Shown piece by piece: positions 1 through 6,644 of a DNA stretch of 11,304 nt. How positions within the stretch are numbered: the first letter of the stretch is position 1; every line of letters starts with the position of its first letter. The DNA lies in NCBI GenBank assembly GCA_964617525.1, contig CAZTWG010000013.1, forward strand, positions 1 to 11,304, given 5' to 3'. The stretch comes from an uncultured Gammaproteobacteria bacterium. Its GTDB lineage: Bacteria; Patescibacteriota; Patescibacteriia; UBA2591; UBA6264. A model generated the notes under the pieces. The model did not search any database, had not been told where the DNA came from, and saw only the letters and a program-made list of their open reading frames with translations. A program made the translations under genes and the position numbers.

Positions 1-396
1 TTTTTTAAAATTTTCCCTCCTTTTTTTTGGGACTGATGTGATATATTTAGTTTAAGCTATTTTGTTCTCTCTAATTAAACTAATAACAACTAAAGTATTA
101 TCAATTACTTTTATAGAGACCATTTTATACCTATTTCAAGACAAGATGTAGGTAAATCATTCTATTTCAGAGATAGAACTACTCGTGATTTAATTTATTT
201 TTTGTTGATTATGTAGAAAAATACGATATATCATTTTCGGAAGCGCTAGGATTAAGAATTGTTACTGAAACCAAATAACCTGTTTCTGTAATTATTTCTA
301 AAGATCTTATTTGACTTACTAAGATTATATTCAGATATTGTTCTACGACTGGACTTTCTAGTATAATAATCCGACGCTTTTTAATTTTGAAGTATT

Positions 397-957
397 TTAC
401 GAAACACGACCTACGTATTCTCCTGTTTCTGTATTTATTCTTACTATATCATCCTTAGAGATAAAAACAGGAACATTTATACTATATCCAGTCTCTAAAA
501 CAACATTTTTGCTAGGCGAGGTCGCAGAATCACCCTTGATATTAGGGGGAGATTCAATAACTTTTAAATTAACTTTTTGTGGTAATTTAATATTTACTGG
601 ATTTTCTTCAAATAACAATATCTCTACTTCCTCTCCTTCTTTTAAAAACTTTTCTTGATTATCTAAAGAACTAATATTTAGGAAGAATTGTTCATAAGTG
701 TTATTATTCATAAAAAAGAATTTGTCATTTTCAGAGTATAGAAAATTAGCTTTAGTTTTTTTAATATCTGCAGCTTCAATTTTGTCAGAAGAATTAAATG
801 TTTTTTCTAGAGTTTGACCAGTGATAAGATTTTTTAATTTTGTTCTGACAAAAGCTCCCCCTCTAGCACTTCTAGAATGTTGAGAGAATATTATTTGATA
901 AGGCTCGTTATTGAATTTAATAACGAGCCCTGTTTTTTTAAGATTATTTATATCCAT
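397..957 (-). CDS. efp: Translation elongation factor P
   Basis: 186-aa ORF of canonical EF-P length. The N-terminal segment [38 protein letters not shown] aligns with the EF-P domain I signature (..[24 protein letters not shown]..). It follows rpsR on the same strand after a 17-nt gap. TAA stop. Confidence 0.93.
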   Translation of the reverse strand: [186 protein letters not shown]

Positions 958-974
958 CTGCTTCTTTCTTTATT

Positions 975-1187
975 TTATTTTCTGACAAAAGGCAATAAAG
1001 CCATAATGCGGGCTCTCTTAATTGCTCTAGCTAACTTTCTTTGATGCTTAAGGCAAGTCCCCTTTTTTCTACGAGGAAGTATTTTTTCGTAGTTAGAAAT
1101 AAAGCGCCTCAAAAGGTCAATATCCTTATAGTCAATTTCGTTAATGTTGTTAATACAAAAATAACAGTGTTTTTGATTGTTTATCAT
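975..1187 (-). CDS. rpsR: 30S ribosomal protein S18
   Basis: 70-aa basic ORF with S18 hallmarks: CYFC near the N-terminus, [14 protein letters not shown], and [27 protein letters not shown]. It sits in the conserved rpsF-ssb-rpsR order. Confidence 0.93.
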   Translation of the reverse strand: MINNQKHCYFCINNINEIDYKDIDLLRRFISNYEKILPRRKKGTCLKHQRKLARAIKRARIMALLPFVRK

Positions 1188-1198
1188 AAGTTAATATT

Positions 1199-1660
<462 letters not shown>

Positions 1661-1664
1661 TTAT

Positions 1665-2027
1665 TTAAATTTTGACGTTTTTTATATCTTCAAAATTTTT
1701 AATTTTAGGAATTTCTTTCTCTTTCTTTCTCTCTCTTTTTGGTCTAGGGACAATTGCTTTGACAACCATATATCGTAAAACCTCAGGAATTGTCTTTAAT
1801 TTTTTGTTTAATTTAGATAGATTGTCTGTTTCCATTTCAAAATTTATCAGGAAATAGAAACCCTTGTAGATTTGTTTTATTGGATAAGCTAATTTTTTGT
1901 TTCCCAACTCTTTTCGTTCAATTATTTTACCATTTAAATCAATAATTGTTTTTTCTATTTTTTTAGAAATTTCAGGTAAATCTTTTTCACTAAAAGGCGT
2001 AGGAATGATGTATAGTAATTCGTACAT
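1665..2027 (-). CDS. rpsF: 30S ribosomal protein S6
   Basis: 120-aa ORF starting MYELLYIIPTP.., with ..ELGNKKLAYPIKQIYKGFYFLINFE.., both characteristic of S6. It has a Lys/Glu-rich C-terminal tail and is the first gene of the rpsF-ssb-rpsR cluster. Confidence 0.9.
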   Translation of the reverse strand: MYELLYIIPTPFSEKDLPEISKKIEKTIIDLNGKIIERKELGNKKLAYPIKQIYKGFYFLINFEMETDNLSKLNKKLKTIPEVLRYMVVKAIVPRPKRERKKEKEIPKIKNFEDIKNVKI

Positions 2028-2096
2028 GGAACTAATTTATTTATAATTATTTATATTTAATAATAACATTATAAAAAAAATAAGCAAGTTAAAATT

Positions 2097-2125
2097 TTGA
2101 TATTTAACTTAATTAATGTTAAAAT
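2097..2125 (+). promoter_or_regulatory. Putative sigma70-type promoter for the methyltransferase/glycosyltransferase unit
   Basis: TTGATA (2097-2102), a 17-nt spacer, then an extended -10 TGtTAAAAT (2117-2125). The hexamer ends 8 nt before the ATG at 2134, with no Shine-Dalgarno between. AT-rich context makes chance matches likely. Confidence 0.3.
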
Positions 2126-2133
2126 AATATTAG

Positions 2134-3342
2134 ATGAAATATTTTTTTGCGCTAGGGCACCAACCAAAATTATCGTTAGCTGAGATTGAAAGCGTTTTAT
2201 CGCCTTTAACAGATTTTGTGATTAAAAATCTTTCGTACGAAGTTTGTGTTATTGAAGCAAAAAAAGAGATAGATTTAATTTTAATACAAGAAAAATTAGG
2301 TGGAACTATTAAGGTAGGAAAAATAATTAAAGAAACTCATGGTAATAAAATTACTTTTTCAATGCTTTCTAGTGTGGTTCGTAAGATTTGTTCTAATCTA
2401 AATAGTTCAAAAGTCCATTTTGGTTTTAGTTTATATAACTTGAGAACAAAATCTTTAGATTTTAGCACTTTTACACGTCAAATAAATTTTTTAGCTCTTA
2501 AATTAAAAAATGAATTAAAGTCTCAAGGCACTTCTTCACGTTGGGTTAGCTGCAAAAAAAGAATTTTATCTTCTGTTGTTATTAGAACGAATAAGATTTT
2601 AGGTAATGGTTTTGAAATTGTTTTTCTAGTTGATTCCAATAAAGTTTTTTGGGGAGAAACTTTGAGTTGTCAGGATTTTAGGGCTTATGAAATTCGTGAT
2701 TTTAAAAGGCCTGTTAGAGATATCGAAAGAGGAATGATTCCTCTTAGGTTAGCTAAAATAATGCTAAATTTAGCCGACAAAAAGAAAGATTATTCTCAAG
2801 TTATTTTAGATCCCTTTTGCGGCCTTGGAACTATATTGCAAGAAGCAGCCAAATTAGGTTATTCACACTTAATTGGAAGCGATAATGACGAAAAGGCTGT
2901 TAGAGGAACAAAAGAAAATTTGAAATGGTTCGCTTCCTTAAATTCAAAATTTCAGGCGGATATTTTCCAGTTAGATGCAAGAAAAATTTCTCAGAAAATA
3001 GAGAATTTTAGCGTTGATTTGATAGTTACTGAGCCATATTTAGGTCCTTTAAAGGTTAGGGACTGGAGAGCAGAGGTTAAAAAAATATCTGAACTATATC
3101 TTGCTTCTTTTGAAGAATTTAAAAAGATACTAAAACCTAATGGAAGGATTTGTATTATTTTTCCTGCCTTTTTAGATTCAAATAGAAATTTACATCTTTT
3201 GCCAATCTTGAAAGAATTAGAAAGAGATGGGTGGAGGATACAACCATTCATTGACGGAACGGAAAGAGGTTCTATTGTCTATTCTAGGCCAGACCAGTTT
3301 GTCCACAGAGAAATATTTATTTTTACTAATATTCAAAAATAG
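2134..3342 (+). CDS. Class I SAM-dependent methyltransferase, Trm11/UPF0020-like (putative RNA guanine-N2 methyltransferase)
   Basis: 402-aa ORF. The N-terminal ~190 aa begin FFALGHQPKLSLAEIESVL, the pattern seen in COG1041/Trm11-type N-terminal (THUMP-like) modules. The C-terminal half has SAM motif I, ILDPFCGLGTILQEAAKLG. An acidic loop GSDNDE follows. In place of DPPY, motif IV reads LIVTEPYLGP. The exact substrate cannot be read from the sequence. Confidence 0.6.
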   Translation: MKYFFALGHQPKLSLAEIESVLSPLTDFVIKNLSYEVCVIEAKKEIDLILIQEKLGGTIKVGKIIKETHGNKITFSMLSSVVRKICSNLNSSKVHFGFSLYNLRTKSLDFSTFTRQINFLALKLKNELKSQGTSSRWVSCKKRILSSVVIRTNKILGNGFEIVFLVDSNKVFWGETLSCQDFRAYEIRDFKRPVRDIERGMIPLRLAKIMLNLADKKKDYSQVILDPFCGLGTILQEAAKLGYSHLIGSDNDEKAVRGTKENLKWFASLNSKFQADIFQLDARKISQKIENFSVDLIVTEPYLGPLKVRDWRAEVKKISELYLASFEEFKKILKPNGRICIIFPAFLDSNRNLHLLPILKELERDGWRIQPFIDGTERGSIVYSRPDQFVHREIFIFTNIQK

Positions 3343-3343
3343 T

Positions 3344-3874
3344 ATGCGAATTGGAATTGACGCTCGTTTCTATGGGCCAAGTGGTGGCAAAGGTATAGGG
3401 CGTTATACTCAACAATTAATAATTAATTTAGAAAAGATTGACAAAGAGAATGAATATTTTATTTTTCTTCGTCAAGAGAATTTTGATTTATATCGTCCCT
3501 TAAATAAAAGATTCCACAAGGTTTTAGCTGATTATAGGTGGTATTCCTTGAAAGAACAAATTTATTTTCCTATTAAACTCTATAAATTTCGTTTAGATTT
3601 AGTTCATTTTTTGCATTTTAACGTTCCTATCTTCTATTTTAGAAGATTTGTTGTTACTATTCATGACTTAATCCATCGAAGGACCTCTAAAAATGGTTCT
3701 ACCTTGTCTTGGTTAGCCTTTTCTTTGAAAAAAATAGCCTACTCTGTAGTAATTGCGTCGGCAATTAAAAGGTCTAAAAAAATTATTACAGTTTCAAATT
3801 TTAGTAAAAAAGAAATTCTTAAGTATTATAGAGTTAGTTCTGATAAAATTTTTGTTACTTATGAGTCAAATTAA
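3344..3874 (+). CDS. Glycosyltransferase family 4, N-terminal (acceptor-side) Rossmann domain fragment
   Basis: The likely real start is ATG 3344 (MRIGIDARFYGPSGGKGIGRYTQQL..), 1 nt after the upstream TAG. The 3227 start in the ORF track lies inside the methyltransferase gene. ..FVVTIHDLIH.. and ..KKIITVSNFSKKEILKYY.VSSDKIFVTYE are typical GT4 N-domain motifs. The frame ends at TAA 3872-3874, exactly at the inter-domain linker. Confidence 0.75.
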   Translation: MRIGIDARFYGPSGGKGIGRYTQQLIINLEKIDKENEYFIFLRQENFDLYRPLNKRFHKVLADYRWYSLKEQIYFPIKLYKFRLDLVHFLHFNVPIFYFRRFVVTIHDLIHRRTSKNGSTLSWLAFSLKKIAYSVVIASAIKRSKKIITVSNFSKKEILKYYRVSSDKIFVTYESN

Positions 3875-4412
3875 TATTAAAAAACCATACTTACTCTATG
3901 TTGGCAATGCATTCCCTCACAAGAACCTTAAGCGTTTGATTAAGGCTTTTAGGACAATTCTAAGTTCAAAGCCCTCTCTAAGGTTAGTTTTAGTAGGTAG
4001 GATAGATGATTTTTACAAGTCCTTTCAATCTCTGTGCAAAGAATTAAAAATAGAGAAAAATGTTATTTTTGCAGGAAGAGTTTCAGACGAAGAATTAAAA
4101 TGGTTATATCAGAATGCTTTAATTTACGTTTTTCCATCTCTCTTAGAAGGGTTTGGTCTTCCGGGGCTAGAAGCTATGGAGAATGGTTTGCCAGTTGTTT
4201 CTTCTGATAGTTCTTGCCTGCCTGAAATATATGGTGATGCAGCCCTATATTTTAATCCCAAAAATACAGAAGAAATGGTTAAAGCTATTTTAGAGTTATT
4301 AAATAATAAAGGTTTAAGGGATAATTTGATTAAAAGGGGTTATAAAAGAATAAAAAAGTTTTCTTGGCAGAAATGTGCTCAAGAAACACTGGATGTTTAT
4401 AGAAATATATAA
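3861..4412 (+). CDS. Glycosyltransferase family 4, C-terminal (donor-binding) Rossmann domain fragment
   Basis: Sense sequence starts in the +1 frame at ATG 3861 (MSQINIKKPYLLYVGNAFPHKNLKRLIKAF..). ..VIFAGRVSDEELKWLYQNALIYVFPSLLEGFGLPGLEAMENGLPVV.S.. contains the GT4 EX7E-type motif. The track's upstream extension to 3753 is out-of-frame overlap with the N-domain ORF. The start is uncertain; this is either a split gene or a frameshifted one. Confidence 0.7.
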   Translation: MSQINIKKPYLLYVGNAFPHKNLKRLIKAFRTILSSKPSLRLVLVGRIDDFYKSFQSLCKELKIEKNVIFAGRVSDEELKWLYQNALIYVFPSLLEGFGLPGLEAMENGLPVVSSDSSCLPEIYGDAALYFNPKNTEEMVKAILELLNNKGLRDNLIKRGYKRIKKFSWQKCAQETLDVYRNI

Positions 4413-4437
4413 TTAAATACACTTATTGCGACACTTG

Positions 4438-4470
4438 ATTAGCCCTTGTTTGAGGGCTAATTCGTATTTT
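4438..4470 (+). terminator. Rho-independent terminator after the glycosyltransferase
   Basis: Perfect 9-bp stem ATTAGCCCT/AGGGCTAAT (4438-4446 / 4453-4461) with a 6-nt loop TGTTTG, followed by TCGTATTTT. It lies about 25 nt after the stop at 4412. Confidence 0.6.
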
Positions 4471-4545
4471 AAATATTATCTTGTTGTTATTTTAGCTATG
4501 TGTCGTAATATGTCAGTTAGGTTTATGGTATATATCAAGATAGTT

Positions 4546-4586
4546 AAAAAAAATGAGATACACTGATTGAGCTAGTAAAATCTCAT
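4546..4586 (-). terminator. Possible terminator of the homing-endonuclease gene
   Basis: On the minus strand, ATGAGAT (4586-4580) pairs with ATCTCAT (4559-4553) and is followed by a T7 run (A-run 4546-4552 on the + strand). It lies 63 nt after the stop. The 20-nt loop is larger than in canonical terminators. Confidence 0.3.
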
Positions 4587-4649
4587 CGTTCATTTCGTTC
4601 AGAGTATCTAACGATCAATAATTAGTAGTATTCTTAAAATAAAAAGTTA

Positions 4650-5141
4650 TTATAGCTTTTCCACACCAACCTTTCCGGATTTAAAACTTTCATCTAACGA
4701 TTCGGGTGTGTCTTGGATTAATTTTGGTAATCTTTCGGTAAAATGATACCTCCATTTTTTCTCTTGTTCATAAAATCTTTTTTTCCATTCATTAAATTGT
4801 TTTTCCTTTAAGCCATATAAACGACCGTCAAAAGCAGGAATGATTATTTTTTTGATAACTTCTCTTTTGCGAACTAATAATTTAACAAAATGTCTTCGTA
4901 ATGAAGAATTTTTTTTATCTTGATAGTTGTATTCATAAATGGGTTCTTTTAACCCTAATGTATTTTTAATAGCAATAACTAAATTTTTGTAATCATAATG
5001 CATTTGAAGTTCAAAAACGAATACTTTTTGTTTATTTGTCTTATATTTAACTAAACTAAAATAGCCCTCACTAGTAATTAAACCAGCTATAAAGTCCAAT
5101 GAGAGTCTTTTTGTGTTTGTAGTTTCAGGAATTTTTGCCAT
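4650..5141 (-). CDS. LAGLIDADG-family homing endonuclease, single-motif (homodimer-type)
   Basis: 163-aa ORF with one LAGLIDADG-type motif near the N-terminus: LSLDFIAGLITSEGYFSL, compared with I-CreI LLYLAGFVDGDGSIIA. The acidic catalytic position is retained as Glu. Beta-rich segments follow (KVFVFELQMHYDYKNLVIAIKNTLGL..), then ..IIIPAFDGRLYGLKEKQFNEW... Size and layout match I-CreI-like enzymes. Confidence 0.8.
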   Translation of the reverse strand: MAKIPETTNTKRLSLDFIAGLITSEGYFSLVKYKTNKQKVFVFELQMHYDYKNLVIAIKNTLGLKEPIYEYNYQDKKNSSLRRHFVKLLVRKREVIKKIIIPAFDGRLYGLKEKQFNEWKKRFYEQEKKWRYHFTERLPKLIQDTPESLDESFKSGKVGVEKL

Positions 5142-5162
5142 AAATTTTTAATTTAAACCCTA

Positions 5163-5204
5163 AATGTTCGTCGTAGAACATTATGTTATACTGTGTAACA
5201 TAAT
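5163..5204. repeat. Two abutting, overlapping palindromes in the 5' leader of the endonuclease gene
   Basis: The first is AATGTTC-GTCGTA-GAACATT (5163-5182; 7-bp arms). The second is ATGTTA-TACTGTG-TAACAT (5183-5201; 6-bp arms, extendable to 9 bp as ATTATGTTA/TAACATAAT, 5180-5204). That extension borrows the right arm of the first palindrome, so the two full structures are mutually exclusive. Both share an ATGTT/AACAT core. Confidence 0.6.
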
Positions 5205-5254
5205 AGCATATTTAGTGCATAAAATAAACCCAAAAAAGTGGACAACTTTTTAGT

Positions 5255-5284
5255 ATTATACAAAAAAATGACCAAATTAGTCAT
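5255..5284 (-). promoter_or_regulatory. Putative promoter of the homing-endonuclease gene
   Basis: On the minus strand: aTGACt (-35-like, 5284-5279), an ~18-nt spacer, then TGTATAAT with a consensus TATAAT at 5260-5255. It overlaps the serS terminator hairpin and predicts a ~105-nt leader. Confidence 0.3.
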
Positions 5285-5288
5285 TTTT
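5262..5288 (-). terminator. Weak rho-independent terminator after serS
   Basis: On the minus strand: AAAAATGAC-TAATTTG-GTCATTTTT followed by TT, giving a T7 run. It starts 26 nt after the serS stop. The stem is only AT-rich, with two G:C pairs. Confidence 0.35.
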
Positions 5289-5313
5289 GAACATTTAACC
5301 TTTTACTTTTACT

Positions 5314-6579
5314 TTATTTTTTGTGTGCGATTATTCTATTTACTCCCATCCATTTTCGTAAAGGTTTCGGAATTAAAACTGCCCCATCTTTTTGTTGAAA
5401 ATTTTCTAATATAGAAATAATTGCTCTACTAGTGGCTATGGCCGTGGCGTTTAGGGTGTGGATAAATTTAATTTTGTCGTCTTGGTCTTTAAATTTAATA
5501 TTAAGCCGGCGAGCCTGAAAATCAGTGCAATTTGAAGCACTCGTTACTTCTCCCCATTTTTTTTCTCCCGGCATCCATGCTTCAATGTCAAACTTTCTGT
5601 AAGCTGGGGCGCCTAAATCACCAGAACAACAATCTACGATTCTTATAGGTATTCCTAGCCCTTTAAATATCTTTTTTTCAATTTTTACTAGGTATTTTAA
5701 CATCTTGTCTGATTCTTTCGGTAGACAGAATATAAACATCTCGGTTTTTGTAAATTGATGAACCCTATAGAGCCCTCTTGACACCTTCCCATAAGCTCCA
5801 GCTTCAGTTCTAAAGCAATGAGAAATGCCCGCCAATTTAACTGGTAATTCATCTATTAATAGAATCTTGTCGCTCAGCAACCCACCTAATGTTATTTCGG
5901 CGGTTCCAATAAGCCCCAAATTACTGTTTTCTATTTTATAAATCTGGGTTTCTGCTCCACGCGGGACATAACCTAATTTTTCAATAAGCTCAATCTTGGC
6001 TAAATCAGGAGTAAGAAGAAGCTCAAAGCCCTCTTTTTTCAAAATTTCTAATGCATATTGATTAAGGGCCATTTCTAACATTAATCCTTCGTTTTTAAGG
6101 AAGTAGAATTTACTCCCAGTTGTTTTAGCTCCACTTTCAAAATCAATAATATTTAACTCTTTTCCTATTTCTAAATGGTTCTTAGCATTAAATCTAAAAT
6201 TAGGAATTTTTCCAATTTTTTCTATTTCTTTATTGTCTTTTTCTAGTTTTCCGATAGGTGTATCAGGATGAATCAAATTGGGTATCTTGTATAGTTCTTC
6301 TTTTAATTTTTTATCAATTCCTTTAGTTTTTTCTTCTTCTGCTTTTATTTCTTCTTTTAATTTTTGTGCTTTTAGTATTAACTCTTTGTCCTTTCCTTTT
6401 ATTCCAATCTGTTTACTAATTTGATTTATTTCTGATCTTAACCTTTCAGTTAAATGTAATTTTGCTAATCTTTTATTTGCCAATTCTTCTATTAAGTCAA
6501 AGTCAACACATAGGTTGCGTTTTTCACAATTTTTTTCCATTAATTTTCGGTTTTGGAGAATAAATTTTAAATCTAACAT
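5314..6579 (-). CDS. serS: Seryl-tRNA synthetase
   Basis: 421-aa ORF. N-terminal coiled-coil tRNA-binding arm (MLDLKFILQN...LKAQKLKEEIKAEEEK..). Class II core motifs include ..HCFRTEAGAYGKVSRGLYRVHQFTKTEMF.. (motif 2) and ..HTLNATAIATSRAIISILENFQ.. (motif 3). Canonical bacterial SerRS length. Confidence 0.95.
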   Translation of the reverse strand: MLDLKFILQNRKLMEKNCEKRNLCVDFDLIEELANKRLAKLHLTERLRSEINQISKQIGIKGKDKELILKAQKLKEEIKAEEEKTKGIDKKLKEELYKIPNLIHPDTPIGKLEKDNKEIEKIGKIPNFRFNAKNHLEIGKELNIIDFESGAKTTGSKFYFLKNEGLMLEMALNQYALEILKKEGFELLLTPDLAKIELIEKLGYVPRGAETQIYKIENSNLGLIGTAEITLGGLLSDKILLIDELPVKLAGISHCFRTEAGAYGKVSRGLYRVHQFTKTEMFIFCLPKESDKMLKYLVKIEKKIFKGLGIPIRIVDCCSGDLGAPAYRKFDIEAWMPGEKKWGEVTSASNCTDFQARRLNIKFKDQDDKIKFIHTLNATAIATSRAIISILENFQQKDGAVLIPKPLRKWMGVNRIIAHKK

Positions 6580-6586
6580 ATTTATT

Positions 6587-6615
6587 ATTTTACAATAATA
6601 TTTGACTTTAGTAAA
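6587..6615 (-). promoter_or_regulatory. Putative serS promoter with the -10 box 7 nt from the ATG
   Basis: On the minus strand: TTTACT (6615-6610), a 17-nt spacer, then TGTAAAAT (hexamer at 6592-6587), then AATAAAT, then ATG (6579). There is no SD-like purine tract. Confidence 0.3.
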
Positions 6616-6628
6616 TACTTATTATTTC

Positions 6629-6637
6629 TGTTATACT
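6629..6637 (+). promoter_or_regulatory. Putative extended -10 promoter of the PP-loop gene, 7 nt from the ATG
   Basis: TGtTATACT at 6629-6637, then ATTTATT, then ATG 6645. There is no convincing -35 at 17 nt; TTGACT at 6602-6607 is 24 nt away. No SD. Confidence 0.3.
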
Positions 6638-6644
6638 ATTTATT

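Noticed and set aside
15-22. Strong Shine-Dalgarno-like AAGGAGGG on the minus strand at the left window edge
   Set aside because: No start codon occurs in the 14 nt remaining before the window edge. That spacing would already exceed the normal 5-10 nt, and other genes here lack SD sequences. It cannot be evaluated without the upstream sequence.
1672-1857. 61-aa + strand ORF
   Set aside because: It lies entirely antisense to the well-supported rpsF gene. Its Phe/Leu/Ser-rich translation is typical of the shadow of a Lys/Glu-rich gene.
2991-3251. 86-aa - strand ORF
   Set aside because: Antisense shadow inside the methyltransferase gene, with no recognisable motifs.
3227-3343. ORF-track N-terminal extension of the glycosyltransferase (start at 3227)
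   Set aside because: The extension overlaps the 3' end of the methyltransferase gene and translates to non-GT-like sequence. The conserved GT4 N-terminus MRIGIDARFYG begins at ATG 3344, right after the upstream stop.
3753-3860. ORF-track N-terminal extension of the second glycosyltransferase ORF (start at 3753)
   Set aside because: This stretch is the out-of-frame reading of the genuine N-domain sequence (..AIKRSKKIITVSNFSKKEILKYY..). GT-like sequence in this frame only begins at about 3861.
4413-5313. Group I intron carrying the LAGLIDADG ORF
   Set aside because: No exon-like tRNA, rRNA or protein fragments flank it. The flanks lack GC-rich paired elements. Promoter-like and terminator-like signals bracket the ORF. 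It remains worth a covariance-model scan, which I could not run.
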